Positions 39,337-49,497 of a stretch of DNA of 64,000 bases are shown here, piece by piece. Positions within the stretch are counted from its first letter, which is position 1. Every line of letters starts with the position of its first letter. The stretch is from Actinomycetes bacterium. Lineage in GTDB: Bacteria; Actinomycetota; CALGFH01. The notes under the pieces were generated by a model that made no database searches, was not told the DNA's origin, and worked only from the letters and a program-made list of their open reading frames with translations. The stretch lies in assembly GCA_036003705.1 (NCBI GenBank), contig DASYSE010000066.1:5901-69900 (forward strand), written 5' to 3'. Both the position numbers and the translations under genes were made by a program.

Positions 39337-40407
39337 CTACGGCTGCAAGGTGGCGTCGAGCGGGACGGTCTGGACGCCGACGCCGAGGGCGACGGTGAGC
39401 CGTGGCGTCGGCTGGGCCGGGCAGACGAGCACGATGCCCTGGGCGCCCTGCTGGTTGTCGTCCCGGCCGAGCACCTGCGTGCGCCGGCACAGGACGCGCC
39501 CGCCGGCCCGCAGCTCGGCGCTCAGGGGCAGGGCGTCGCCTGGCACGCCGCGGAACCCAGCCGAGGCGTCGACCACCACGACGGCCTGCCCGCGGCCGAC
39601 AAACGCCGAGCTCACCCGCGGCTGCAGCTCGATGCCGCGCACGACGACGCCGAGGCCGGCCCGGACGGTGTCCCTCGGCCCGGGATCGATCGCCCGCAGC
39701 GGCGGGCTGGCCGGCCAGGGCCCCGACGTGTCCAGCTGGATGGTCTGGTCGCGGGGGCGGACGACCACCAGGGCGGCGAGCTTGATCCTGGCCAGCGACG
39801 ACAGCTGGGGCGCCGGTCCGGTGGCCACGGTGTAGAGGTCGGGCTCGACCTCGTTCTGGAGCACCGGGGTGCCGCCCTCGGTGCCGAGCTGCTGATGCTC
39901 GACGGTGGAGAACACTCCCCCGCCGGTGTCGAGCAGCCGCAACGCCCGCAGGGCGAGCACCCGCTGGCCGGCCGGCAGGCCGTGGATTCGGAAGGTGACC
40001 GTGGCGATCGTCTCCCGGTCGCTGGTCAAGAAGCGGCTGGCCGCGACCGCCGTGATGGTGAGCTTCCCGTCACGGGCGGTCCAGCCGAGGTCGCGGGCGT
40101 CGGCGCCCGGCGCGGCGGGGGTCCTGGCGGGCGTCGCCGGGGCGGCCCTGGACGCCGGAGCGGCCGGCCGGGCGACGCTGCGGCCGGCCACGAACGCAAG
40201 GCCGGCCACCACCAGCGTGGCCGCGGTCAGGGCGATCCGGAGCCGGGACGGCGCCGGCGGGGGGACCGGGGCCTCCGGGTGCGGCGGCAGGTCGCGCTGC
40301 CGGCCGGTCTCGGCCGAGTCCTCCAGGGTGGCCAGCGGCGTTGCGCAGGTGGGGCAGACCGTCTCGCCTGGACGGACGGCGTCGCAGCGGGGGCACCAGG
40401 CTCTCAT
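39337..40407 (-). CDS. zinc-ribbon / single-TM / extracytoplasmic-domain protein (paralog 2)
   Basis: It starts MRAWCPRCDAV...CPTC, then a TM helix (IALTAATLVVAGLAFV) and a ~280-aa extracytoplasmic domain. Its ATG overlaps the stop of paralog 1 as ATGA. Confidence 0.55.
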   Translation of the reverse strand: MRAWCPRCDAVRPGETVCPTCATPLATLEDSAETGRQRDLPPHPEAPVPPPAPSRLRIALTAATLVVAGLAFVAGRSVARPAAPASRAAPATPARTPAAPGADARDLGWTARDGKLTITAVAASRFLTSDRETIATVTFRIHGLPAGQRVLALRALRLLDTGGGVFSTVEHQQLGTEGGTPVLQNEVEPDLYTVATGPAPQLSSLARIKLAALVVVRPRDQTIQLDTSGPWPASPPLRAIDPGPRDTVRAGLGVVVRGIELQPRVSSAFVGRGQAVVVVDASAGFRGVPGDALPLSAELRAGGRVLCRRTQVLGRDDNQQGAQGIVLVCPAQPTPRLTVALGVGVQTVPLDATLQP

Positions 40408-41522
40408 GGGAGGCCGCCCTGCTGGCTGATCGTCCAGGCGCCCTGGACGGTCTCCTCGGCCTTGGCCTGGACGACGACCTCGAACGGCAACGGGTCGCCG
40501 GCGGGGGCGTCGAGGCCGACGGCCGCCAGCTGATCGGCCCGGACCGAGACCACCGCGGTGCCGTCGGACCCGTCGATCCAGGCCGACAGCTCGGAGATGC
40601 CGGCGTCGTCGGTGACGGTCACCCGCCGGCTCGACGGGTTGAGGACCGACCGCTCCAGCCGGCCGACCGCCTGCAGCACGACCATGATCAGGCCGCGGCG
40701 GTACGCGGACCCGGCAAGCCGCACGGTGCGGCAGTCCTGGCAGGCCAGGCGCAGCCGGCAGGCAGGGCAGTCCCGGCGCGCGGACAGCCATTCGGGGTCC
40801 TGGAGGTTGTCGCCCAGCTTCCTCTGCAGCTCCCGGTCGACCAGGGTGCCGCGCACGCGCTCCTCCACATGCCTGGCCACGATGAGCCCGCGTAGCTCCA
40901 CGGTCGCCACGGCCTGCTGGTCGAGGGTCCGGTCGAGCACCACCTCGGTGTCGATGCCGCCCTGGGACGCCGGCCGGCTGCCGGCGGTGGAGATGCTGGC
41001 GATCCCCCCGCCGGGCAGCAGGTCCTTGCCGGCGCCGTCGCGGACCCGGAGACCTTCCAGGCCGCTGATCTCGCGACCGCGGGTCACCCCCGTGACGTGC
41101 AGCTCCAGCCGGCTGAAGCCGGTGCCGACGGTGATGCTGCGCAGCGTGATGGTGAGCCCGCCGCCCTGCGCCCGCCAGTCGAGGTCGCGCCGGACGGTGT
41201 CGGGCCGTTCGTCGATGAGGCCGGGCACGGTGGCCGCCGGCGCGGCCGTCTGGGCCGAAGGGGTGGTGCGGCTCAGCCGTCCTGCCGCGAACGCGCTGGC
41301 CACGGCGGCGACGACCAGCAGGGCGACCCCGAAGACGCCGACCGCCGACAGCAGCGCCCGCAGCCTGCGGCCGGCCCGGTCGACCCGCCGGGGCTGCGGC
41401 TGCCCCGGACGGGCCGGGGGAACGGTCAGCAGCCGCCGGCCGCACACCGGGCAGGCCGCTCCCGGCCTGGCCGCCCGCAGCTCGTCGCAGCGTGGGCACC
41501 ATGCCCGCCTGCCCCCGGTCAT
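40404..41522 (-). CDS. zinc-ribbon / single-TM / extracytoplasmic-domain protein (paralog 1)
   Basis: It starts MTGGRRAWCPRCDEL...CPVCG, then a TM helix (ALLSAVGVFGVALLVVAAV) and an extracytoplasmic domain. Its architecture is paralogous to the downstream gene. Confidence 0.6.
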   Translation of the reverse strand: MTGGRRAWCPRCDELRAARPGAACPVCGRRLLTVPPARPGQPQPRRVDRAGRRLRALLSAVGVFGVALLVVAAVASAFAAGRLSRTTPSAQTAAPAATVPGLIDERPDTVRRDLDWRAQGGGLTITLRSITVGTGFSRLELHVTGVTRGREISGLEGLRVRDGAGKDLLPGGGIASISTAGSRPASQGGIDTEVVLDRTLDQQAVATVELRGLIVARHVEERVRGTLVDRELQRKLGDNLQDPEWLSARRDCPACRLRLACQDCRTVRLAGSAYRRGLIMVVLQAVGRLERSVLNPSSRRVTVTDDAGISELSAWIDGSDGTAVVSVRADQLAAVGLDAPAGDPLPFEVVVQAKAEETVQGAWTISQQGGLP

Positions 41523-41528
41523 GGCCGC

Positions 41529-42647
41529 CTAGCCGCTCACCACCCGCAGGTCGCGGGTGGTGGTGTTCAGCCGTGTTCCGCCCGTCTCGGTGCACACGAC
41601 GATGTCCTCGAGCCGCGCCCCGAAGCGGCCGGGCAGGTAGATGCCCGGCTCGACCGAGAAGGCCATGCCGGACTCCAGCGGCTGGTGGTTGCCGGCGACG
41701 ATGTAGGGGTCCTCGTGCTCCTCCAGGCCGATGCCGTGCCCGGTGCGGTGCAGGAAGTGGTCGCCGTGGCCGGCGGCGCGGATCGGGTCGCGGCAGGCGG
41801 CGTCGACCGCCGCCGCCGTGACCCCGGGCCCGACGGCGGCGCAGCCGGCGAGCTGGGCGGCGTACAGCAGCGCGTACAGCTCCTGGAAGCCGTCCGGCGG
41901 CTCGTCCACCACCAGGGTGCGGGTGGTGTCCGAGCAGTAGCCGTCGAGCCGGCCGCCGATGTCCACCACCACCGGATCGCCGGGCTGGATGACCCGCCCG
42001 GTGGCCACGTGGTGAGGGCTGGCCCCGTTCGGTCCCGACGCGACGATGGCGAAGCCGAACTCGTCGTGGGTCTCGTGGATCGCCTGCTCGATGTCTCGGG
42101 CCAGCTCCTGCTCGCTACGGCCGGCCCAGCGCAGCTCGCCCAGACCTTCGACCACCCGGTCGATCGCCGCCGCCACCCGAGCCAGCGCCTGCACCTCCTC
42201 GGGGTCCTTGCGCATGCGCAGCTGCCTGGTCACCGACGACGCGACGCCGAAGCCCGCCCCGGGCAGGGCGTCCTGGAGCCGCAGCAGGAACGCGCTCCAC
42301 AGCCGGTCGCCGACCCCCAGCCGGCCACCGGCCGCCCCCGCGCCCTCCAGCGCCTGCCTGACCAGCCACACCGGGTCGTCGGTCTCCCGCCAGGCGGCCA
42401 CCTCGACCTCCAGGTCGCCCAGGTGGTCGCGGGCCAGCGGCGCCTCCAGCGCGGGCACGACCAGCCGGGCCTCGCCGGCCGCGGGCAGCACCAGCAGGGT
42501 CAGCCGCTCCAGGGCCGGCGGCCGGTAGCCGGTCAGGTATTCCAGGTCGGCCGACGGCCCCAGCAGCAGCGCGTCCACGCCACGTTCGGCCTGCTCCTTG
42601 CGCGCCCTGGCCAGCCGCTCGGCCCGCGCTGCGGCGGTTGTCGTCAT
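41529..42647 (-). CDS. M24-family Xaa-Pro aminopeptidase/dipeptidase
   Basis: Pita-bread fold motifs are present (DIGGRLDGYCSDTTRT, HGIGLEEHE, SVEPGIY). Confidence 0.85.
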   Translation of the reverse strand: MTTTAAARAERLARARKEQAERGVDALLLGPSADLEYLTGYRPPALERLTLLVLPAAGEARLVVPALEAPLARDHLGDLEVEVAAWRETDDPVWLVRQALEGAGAAGGRLGVGDRLWSAFLLRLQDALPGAGFGVASSVTRQLRMRKDPEEVQALARVAAAIDRVVEGLGELRWAGRSEQELARDIEQAIHETHDEFGFAIVASGPNGASPHHVATGRVIQPGDPVVVDIGGRLDGYCSDTTRTLVVDEPPDGFQELYALLYAAQLAGCAAVGPGVTAAAVDAACRDPIRAAGHGDHFLHRTGHGIGLEEHEDPYIVAGNHQPLESGMAFSVEPGIYLPGRFGARLEDIVVCTETGGTRLNTTTRDLRVVSG

Positions 42648-42667
42648 GGGGGAGATCCTACCTCCCG

Positions 42668-43615
42668 TCAGACCTTGACCCGCAGGGCCTGTTCCAGCAC
42701 GTCGATGGCGACCGGCGGGCCGCCGGCGGCCCGCCAGCCGTCAAGGGCGAGGGTCAGCGGCTCGGCGGTCTCCACCGCGACCCGGCGGGACTGGTACTCG
42801 CGGATCGAGGGGTGGGGCAGGTGGTCGCCGTAGTAGACGTTCTTGGAGCGGGCGTAGATGCCGAGCGGCTCGCCCTGGAAGGCGATCACCGACATGCGGC
42901 CGTCGTCGGGCAGGGCCCGCGGGGCGACCTTCATGCGCCCCATGGAGAACTGGCCGTTGGCGACGACCAGGCCGGCCAGGCGCAGCTCGACCGCGGTGTG
43001 GTCCACCTCCAGCCGGGCCGGGGTCGAGCGGCTGACCCGCAGGCTGCCAAGCGCCGCGGCCAGCCGGCCGACCCGCCCGGCCGCGGCCACCGCCGGGGTG
43101 CGGGCCGACACCTCGGCCGGGTAGCCGAGCTCGGCCGCGTTGGCGAACACCCCGACCCGCTGCGTCCCGTCCGGCCCGCGCCAGCGGGCCCGGCCGACGT
43201 CGGCCAGGAAGAGGTTTGGCCCCAGCAGGTGGCGGGCCAGCTTGTGCGGCTCGTCGGGCAGCCCGAAGGTGGCCGACAGGTCCTGGCGGCCGAGCCCGGC
43301 CAGGCCAAGGACCGCGTCCGGCCAGCGCGGCCCCGTCGGGTGGATCAGGACCCGCAGCAGGGCGTGGGCCAGCCGGTCGGAGCCGACCGCGACCAGGAGG
43401 CGGTGGCCGTCCTCCAGCGCCCTGGCCGCGATCGCCCCGGCCCGCTCGACCGGCCTGGCCACCGCCGCCTCGGCCACCACCCCCGACCCGGCAAGGGCCC
43501 GGCGCAGCAGGGTCAGGTCCCGGCGGGCGGCCGCCGGGTCGCCGATCAGGAACGGCGGCCCGTAGGGCAGCGGGCCGGGTCGGGCCGGTTCGGCGGCTGG
43601 CATGGTCGAGGTCAC
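42668..43615 (-). CDS. diacylglycerol-kinase catalytic-domain lipid kinase (YegS/DagK family)
   Basis: DAGK_cat motifs are present (LVAVGSDRLAH and a Gly-rich nucleotide loop). Confidence 0.7.
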   Translation of the reverse strand: MTSTMPAAEPARPGPLPYGPPFLIGDPAAARRDLTLLRRALAGSGVVAEAAVARPVERAGAIAARALEDGHRLLVAVGSDRLAHALLRVLIHPTGPRWPDAVLGLAGLGRQDLSATFGLPDEPHKLARHLLGPNLFLADVGRARWRGPDGTQRVGVFANAAELGYPAEVSARTPAVAAAGRVGRLAAALGSLRVSRSTPARLEVDHTAVELRLAGLVVANGQFSMGRMKVAPRALPDDGRMSVIAFQGEPLGIYARSKNVYYGDHLPHPSIREYQSRRVAVETAEPLTLALDGWRAAGGPPVAIDVLEQALRVKV

Positions 43616-43787
43616 GGACGGCTCCTGGACGGCTCGGGCGGTGGCGGGGTCGGCCCCGGGGGCGCACGCGGCTCATCCTAGACCGCGGCCCGCCGGCTTG
43701 CGGCCGGGTACGCCTTCGCCGAGCCGGTGATCAGGGCTCGGCCGGGCGGTCAAGGGCGAGGAGGTCAAGCCGACCTCCTGGCGTTCG

Positions 43788-46466
43788 CTACAACAGGCTG
43801 GAGTAGGCGACCACGCCCCGCTGGCAGGCGTCGACCGCGGCCCGGGCGGTCGCCTGGACGGCCGGGTCGTCGGCGACCAGGGCGACCTGCCGGAGCAGGT
43901 CGATCAGCTGCTTGGTGACCCGGACGAAGTCGCCAGGGGTGACGTCCTCCTCGGCGAGCACGTCCTCCAGGGCCTCGCCCTTGGCCCAGCGGTAGGCGAG
44001 GTCGGCGAAGCCCGGGTCGAGCGGCCGGGTCAGGGTCAGCCCCTCGGCCTGCTCGTGGGCGCGGACCTCCTCCTGCAGCTCGGCCAGGGCACCAAGCGCC
44101 GCCCGGACCGCCTGGGTGGGCGGCGGCGGCGGGTCGGCCGGTGGCCCTTCCGACCCGCGGGTCTCGTAGACCAGGCAGGAGGCGCAGGCGGCCAGCTCGG
44201 CCGGGTCGAGCGTGCGCCACACCCCCCGGTGCAGGGCCTCCACCACCACCAGGTCGGTCTCGGCGTAGACCCGGCGCAGGGTCTCGCCCTTGCCGGTGAG
44301 GGCGAAGCCCGTCACGTAGCCGAGGCTGCCGAGCACGTCGAGGACCCGGTCGAAGGTCCGGACCAGCGACCCGGTGCGCCGGCGGACCCGCTCGGCCAGG
44401 GCGTGCTGCTCCTTCTGGAGCTGGTCGTGGCGGTGCATCCACCTCTCGTGGTCGGGCAGGTCGGGGCAGCCGTGCACCGGGTGGTCGCGCAGCTCGGCCC
44501 GCAGCGTGGCCAGCTCCGGGTCGCCCGCGGCGGCGCGGCGCCGGCGGCGGGGCCGCGGCGGCGTGCCTGGGTCCAGCTCGGCCAGCGCCCTGGCGACGTA
44601 GGCCTTGAACCGGGGGCTCTTGGGGCTGAGGGTGCGGGGCATGGCCACCTTGCCGACCCGCACCGGGGCGCCGCCCAGGTCGCGCACGGCGACCCGGCGG
44701 ACCCTCCGGTCCTCGGTCAGCACCAGCACCCCGGTGGCGCCGTCGCGGCCGCCGGCCGGCCCGATCACCGCGGCCAGCCCGCGGCGGCGCAGGCCCGGCA
44801 GCCAGATGACCGTGCCGCTGGACAGCGAGCGCAGCGTCTCGGCCGCCTCCTGGGTCTCGGCCCGGCGCTCGGCGTCGGCCAGGGCGCTCTCGCGGGCCCG
44901 CAGCCGGCGCCGCAGCCCCCAGTACCCGGCGATGTCGCCCCGGTCGCAGGCGGCCGACTCCAGGTAGCCGGCCAGGAAGCGGGCGTTGCGGGCCAGGGTC
45001 TGCTCGGCCCCGTGCACGGTCCGGTCGGCCAGGAACTGGGCGAACGAGGAGGCCAGCAGCCGCTCGGCCTGCTTGCGCTCGTAGTTGGCGACCAGGTTGA
45101 CGGCCATGTTGTAGGACGGCCGGAACGAGGAGGTGAGCGGGTAGGTGCGGTTGGAGGCCAGCCCGGTGATCCGCTCGAAGGGGATGAACGGCTGGTGGAG
45201 CACCACCGCGGCTCCGCGGCTGTCGATCCCGCGCCGGCCGGCCCGCCCGGTGAGCTGGGTGTACTCGCCCGGGGTGAGCAGCTCGTGGCGTTCCCCCTGC
45301 CATTTGGTGAGCCGCTCGATGGCCACCGTGCGGGCCGGCATGTTGATGCCGAGCGACAGCGTCTCGGTGGCGAACACCACCTTGACCAGGCCCTGGGCGA
45401 ACAGCTCCTCGACCGCCTCCTTGAACAGGGGCAACATGCCGGCGTGGTGGCCGGCCACCCCGCGGCCCAGCGACTCGGCCAGGTCGGCGTAGCCGAGCGC
45501 GTCCAGGTCGGCCGGGTCGATCGGGGCCACCTTGAGGTCGAGGAACTCGAGGATCTCGGCCCGCTCGGCGTGGCTGGTCAGCCGGATGTTGCCGGCCCGG
45601 CACTGCTCCAGCGCCTGGTCGCAGCCGGCCCTGGAGAAGATGAAGTAGATGGCCGGCAGCAGCCGCTCGGCCTCCAGCAGGTCGACCACCTCGACCCGGG
45701 ACGGCACCCAGCCACGCCCGACCGCGCGGCGGCCGTCACGGCCTTTGGTGTCGCGGCCGGGTCGCCATTCGCGCTCGCCCCGGCGGGCGAGGGCAGGGTT
45801 GGGAACCACGTCGTCGCCCCTGGTCACGAACAGCGGGTGCAGCTCGCGGCCGATCAGGTAGTGGTTGTCCAGCGGGACCGGGCGGCGCTCCTCGATCACC
45901 ACCTCGGTGGCTCCCCGGGTCGCCTCCAGCCACTCGCCGAACTCCTCGGCGTTGGACACGGTGGCCGAGAGGCTGGCCACCCGCACGTCGACCGGGAGGT
46001 TGATCAGCACCTCCTCCCAGACCGCCCCCCTGACCCGGTCCTGGAGGTAGTGGACCTCGTCCATGACCACGTAGCGAAGCCCGCCGAGGGTCGGACTGCC
46101 CTCGTAGAGCATGTTGCGCAGCACCTCGGTGGTCATCACCACCACCGGGGCCTCGCCGTTGATGGAGTTGTCGCCGGTGAGCAGGCCGACCTTCGCCGCC
46201 CCGTGGCGGGCCACGAAGTCGCCGAACTTCTGGTTGGACAGCGCCTTCAGGGGGGTGGTGTAGAACGCCTTGCCGCCCGACCGCAGGGCCAGCCAGACCG
46301 CGAACTCTCCCACCACCGTCTTGCCGGCCCCGGTGGGCGCCGCGACCAGGGCGCCCTGGCCGCCGGCGAGGGCCAGGCAGCCGCGCCGCTGGAAGTCGTC
46401 GAGCTCGAAGCTGTAGCCGCCCGCGAACTGGTCGACCAGCGCCTGGGGACCCTGGGGGCTCATCGG
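43788..46466 (-). CDS. helY: Ski2-like DExH-box RNA helicase HelY; possible repetitive N-terminal extension up to 46634
   Basis: It aligns with mycobacterial HelY from LVDQFAGGYSFELDDFQRRG...APTGAGKT through DEVH, with the rigG/DSHCT C-terminus. The ATG at 46466 matches the homolog N-terminus. The reading frame stays open through the upstream 39-bp repeats. Confidence 0.85.
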   Translation of the reverse strand, partial: PMSPQGPQALVDQFAGGYSFELDDFQRRGCLALAGGQGALVAAPTGAGKTVVGEFAVWLALRSGGKAFYTTPLKALSNQKFGDFVARHGAAKVGLLTGDNSINGEAPVVVMTTEVLRNMLYEGSPTLGGLRYVVMDEVHYLQDRVRGAVWEEVLINLPVDVRVASLSATVSNAEEFGEWLEATRGATEVVIEERRPVPLDNHYLIGRELHPLFVTRGDDVVPNPALARRGEREWRPGRDTKGRDGRRAVGRGWVPSRVEVVDLLEAERLLPAIYFIFSRAGCDQALEQCRAGNIRLTSHAERAEILEFLDLKVAPIDPADLDALGYADLAESLGRGVAGHHAGMLPLFKEAVEELFAQGLVKVVFATETLSLGINMPARTVAIERLTKWQGERHELLTPGEYTQLTGRAGRRGIDSRGAAVVLHQPFIPFERITGLASNRTYPLTSSFRPSYNMAVNLVANYERKQAERLLASSFAQFLADRTVHGAEQTLARNARFLAGYLESAACDRGDIAGYWGLRRRLRARESALADAERRAETQEAAETLRSLSSGTVIWLPGLRRRGLAAVIGPAGGRDGATGVLVLTEDRRVRRVAVRDLGGAPVRVGKVAMPRTLSPKSPRFKAYVARALAELDPGTPPRPRRRRRAAAGDPELATLRAELRDHPVHGCPDLPDHERWMHRHDQLQKEQHALAERVRRRTGSLVRTFDRVLDVLGSLGYVTGFALTGKGETLRRVYAETDLVVVEALHRGVWRTLDPAELAACASCLVYETRGSEGPPADPPPPPTQAVRAALGALAELQEEVRAHEQAEGLTLTRPLDPGFADLAYRWAKGEALEDVLAEEDVTPGDFVRVTKQLIDLLRQVALVADDPAVQATARAAVDACQRGVVAYSSLL

Positions 46467-46609
46467 CGGTCCCCCGGAGAACTGGGTGCCCTGGGGGCTC
46501 GAGGGTGGTCCCCCGGTGAACTGGGGTGCCCTGGGGGCTCGAGGGTGGTCCCCCGGTGACTGGGGGGTCCGGGGGGCTCGAGGGTGGTCCCCCGGTGAAC
46601 TGGGGTCGG
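46450..46609. repeat. ~39-40-bp ×4 tandem repeat covering the helY start codon and upstream region
   Basis: ctgggggctcgagggtggtcccccggtgaactggggtgcc-type units. The first, diverged copy contains the helY ATG. Confidence 0.75.
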
Positions 46610-46689
46610 CGGGATCCTCCATCATGGCGCTCATGCTGCCAGCCGGCAGCCCCCGGCGCTCGCCGGGCAGCTTCGGCGCTCGCCGGGGG

Positions 46690-47592
46690 CTACCGGCGGC
46701 CGGGGAAGCCGGGGGCGTCGTCGGCGGCCAGGACGGTGATCGCGGCCCGCCGGACCTCGAAGGTGGCGGGCAGGGTCCCGGCCGGCTCGCCGTCAGCGTA
46801 GACGGCCAGCGGCCGGTCGGCGTCCAGCTCGACCCGGCCCGCCCGGTGGACGCTGACCGCCGGGTGCTCGACGTGCCGGCCCGAGAACACCTTGGGGAAG
46901 GTCTTCAGGAACTCGAGCTTGCCGATGTCGTGGACGACGACCACGTCCAGCAGGCCGTCCTGGAGGCTGGCGGCCGGGGCGACGCGCATACCGCCGCCGT
47001 AGCTCGGCCCGTTGGCCACCGCCACCAGCCAGCCCCGGGGCCGGCTGGCCTGGCCGTCCAGGACCAGCTCGAAGCTGGCCCTGCGGCAGACGACCAGCTC
47101 GGCCAGGACGGCGCCGACGTAGCGGGGCCGGCCCTTGACCCACCCCAGTCGCTGGTTGGCGACCCGGTTGACCTCGGAGTCGAAGCCGGCCCCGGCGACG
47201 TTCAGGTAGGCCCGTCCGGCCACCGTTGCCAGGTCGGCCGGTCGCCGCTGCAGCCGCGGCAGCAGCCCGGCCGCGGCCAGCGGGTCGTCGGCGGGCAGGC
47301 CGAAGCTGCGGGCGGCGTCGTTGCCGCCCCCGATCGGGACCACCCCGAGGGCGGCCCGTGCCCCTGGGCCGGCGTCGGCCAGCCCGGCCGCGCACGCCCC
47401 CACGGTGCCGTCGCCCCCGACGGCCACCACCGCGTCGAACGCCGCCGCGGCCTCGCCGGCGGCCACCCGCCCATCCTCCAAGGACCTGGTCCGGTGCTGC
47501 TCGACCTCGACCCCGCCGTCGCGCAGCCGCGCCAGCACCGCCGGCACCAGCCGCCCGGCCCGCCCACCCCCAGCCGTGGGGTTGTGCACCAT
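46690..47592 (-). CDS. diacylglycerol-kinase catalytic-domain lipid kinase (second paralog)
   Basis: MVHNPTAGGGRAG...VVAVGGDGTVG matches the DAGK_cat N-terminus. The start is at the internal ATG of ORF 46690..47679. Confidence 0.7.
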   Translation of the reverse strand: MVHNPTAGGGRAGRLVPAVLARLRDGGVEVEQHRTRSLEDGRVAAGEAAAAFDAVVAVGGDGTVGACAAGLADAGPGARAALGVVPIGGGNDAARSFGLPADDPLAAAGLLPRLQRRPADLATVAGRAYLNVAGAGFDSEVNRVANQRLGWVKGRPRYVGAVLAELVVCRRASFELVLDGQASRPRGWLVAVANGPSYGGGMRVAPAASLQDGLLDVVVVHDIGKLEFLKTFPKVFSGRHVEHPAVSVHRAGRVELDADRPLAVYADGEPAGTLPATFEVRRAAITVLAADDAPGFPGRR

Positions 47593-47655
47593 CAGCGCGC
47601 GCACCTGCTCAGACCTTGTCCGGAGGCCGCCGGCCCGCAGCCCCCGATCGGTGTG

Positions 47656-47683
47656 GGGGGAGCTCCGGCTCCCCTCCACCGCC
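47656..47683. repeat. dispersed GC-rich hairpin element, copy 2 (GGGGGAGCTCCGGCTCCCCTCCACCGCC), 3' of the hypothetical gene 47734..48510
   Basis: See copy 1. Same orientation relative to the upstream gene, so a terminator-like role is plausible. Confidence 0.6.
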
Positions 47684-47733
47684 AGGCAGGCGCGCCGGGG
47701 CCGTGGCCAGGGCGGTCGGTCCGCTCACCGGGT

Positions 47734-48510
47734 CTAGTTCGGCGGCAGGATGTTGGTGGGGGTCGCGGCCGACTGGTAGCGGGCGCCGAAGGCCTGGGTG
47801 GACTCGCCGGGCATCTGCCTGGTCAGGTCGAGGTCGTAGCGGGCGTGCAGGCGGGCCAGGGTGCCGGCGGCGGCGTCCATCGCCCGCCCGGCCGTGGCGG
47901 CGGTCGCGCCACCCTGCTGGAGCAGCGCCTCGGCCGTCTTGCTCTTGGCCGGGGCCTCGCCGGCCTGCTGGTAGATGTTGGCGGCGTCCACGTACACGCC
48001 GAGGGCGGCGACGTAGGCGTCACGGACGCTCGACAGCATGGCCACCCGGCCGCCGACGGCGTTGGCCGGCTCGCCGTCGCCCCCGGCGTCGGCCGGGGGC
48101 TCGCCGACGGTGATCGACTCCACCTGACCCTGGATCTGGCCGAGCTTGGCCGACCAGCCGCTGGCCCGGACGGCCAGCTCCTTGGGCGTGAGGGTGCCCT
48201 TGGCGAGGTCCTGGGCGCTGGGGAATCCCGGCAGCTTCTTGGTGCCGGCGCCGAGGACCGACGGGAGCTGGTCGGTCTGGGTGCGCAGGGCGGCGGTGAA
48301 GCGGCGCAGGTCGTCGCGGGCCCAGCCCTCCTGGACCCGGTTGCCGGCGGCGATCAGGGTCCCGAGCAGGGCGATCACGGCCAGGGTGACCGGGAACGCG
48401 GGCGCCCGGTACCAGGGCAGGCGCCGCTCGATGGTCTGGATCCGCGGCCCGGTGGCCGGCCGCCGCACCGGCCGTCCCTGGCTGCGCTTGCTCTTCCCCT
48501 TGATCGCCAC
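47734..48510 (-). CDS. hypothetical membrane-anchored protein
   Basis: 258-aa ORF with an N-terminal TM helix (FPVTLAVIALLGTLIAAG). No family assigned. Confidence 0.45.
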   Translation of the reverse strand: MAIKGKSKRSQGRPVRRPATGPRIQTIERRLPWYRAPAFPVTLAVIALLGTLIAAGNRVQEGWARDDLRRFTAALRTQTDQLPSVLGAGTKKLPGFPSAQDLAKGTLTPKELAVRASGWSAKLGQIQGQVESITVGEPPADAGGDGEPANAVGGRVAMLSSVRDAYVAALGVYVDAANIYQQAGEAPAKSKTAEALLQQGGATAATAGRAMDAAAGTLARLHARYDLDLTRQMPGESTQAFGARYQSAATPTNILPPN

Positions 48511-48663
48511 CCTGGTTACCCCGCTCCCGCCGTGCTCGCCGTTGTCGGTCGGCCTCCGCGCCCGATCCGAGCAAGGGTACCGCCAGGTGCGCTTCCCCGG
48601 GCCGCGATGGCCGCGGAATTGTCTGCCCGGCCAGCGGCCGCGGTCAACGACACCCCCGGCAGG

Positions 48664-49428
48664 CTAGCCGACCAGCTGCTGGCGTCTGGCCCGGCGCGGC
48701 TCGATGATGTAGCGGGCCACGGCGGCGGCCGCGAAGTAGAAGAACCACATGGGCACGGCCATGGCGAACAGGCTGATCGGGTCCTGGCTGGGGGTGACCA
48801 CGGCCGCGACGACGATGATCACCGCCGCGGCCGGCCGCCAGGCCCGCAGCATGGCCGCCGACGACAGCACCCCCACCATCGACAGGAAGACCAGCACCAG
48901 GGGGAACTCGAAGGTGACCCCGAAGGCCAGGCCCATGAACAGCACGAAGCGAAGGTAGCGGTCGGCCTGGAAGAAGCTGGCGATGCCGCTGCCGCCCATG
49001 GTGACCAGGAAGCTGATCGCCTTGGGCAGGGTGTAGAACGCCAACGCCACCCCGGCGACGAACAGCAGCGTGCTGGCCAGCGCGAACGGGATCGCGAAGC
49101 GCTTCTCGCTCTGCTTGAGCCCTGGGGTGATGAACCGCCACAGCTGGTAGGCGAGAAACGGCATGGCCAGCAGCAGCCCGACGGTGAGGGAGACCCGGAC
49201 GCGGATGGAGAGCGGCTCCAGCGGGCTGAGGGCGGCCAGCCGGCAGCCGCCGTCCTCGGCAACGGTGCCGATGCGGACGTTGGCCGGCAGGGCGCAGTAG
49301 GAGCGGAGCAGGAACCGGATGACCGGCTCGTACAGGAACGCGAAGGCAACGGCGGCGGCGACCACCAGGGCGACGCAGCTCTTGAGCAGCCGGCTTCGCA
49401 GCTCTCCGATGTGCTCAAGGATCGACAT
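48664..49428 (-). CDS. tatC: twin-arginine translocase subunit TatC
   Basis: MSILEHIGELRSRLLKS is a TatC N-terminus, followed by six TM helices. The start is the internal ATG at 49428. Confidence 0.85.
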   Translation of the reverse strand: MSILEHIGELRSRLLKSCVALVVAAAVAFAFLYEPVIRFLLRSYCALPANVRIGTVAEDGGCRLAALSPLEPLSIRVRVSLTVGLLLAMPFLAYQLWRFITPGLKQSEKRFAIPFALASTLLFVAGVALAFYTLPKAISFLVTMGGSGIASFFQADRYLRFVLFMGLAFGVTFEFPLVLVFLSMVGVLSSAAMLRAWRPAAAVIIVVAAVVTPSQDPISLFAMAVPMWFFYFAAAAVARYIIEPRRARRQQLVG

Positions 49429-49497
49429 CTCGCCCGACGGGTTGGCCCGTGGGCGGCGCGACAGTCGCACGGTGGCTCCGGGGCGGATGGCGGGTGG

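Noticed and set aside
39337-41595. 752-aa ORF treated as one gene
   Set aside because: It splits into the 3' paralog (39337..40407), which has its own ATG overlapping the upstream stop. Its 5' part is a shadow frame of paralog 1 (40404..41522).
43765-45603. 612-aa minus-strand ORF overlapping helY
   Set aside because: It is an alternative frame of helY with no motifs and biased composition.
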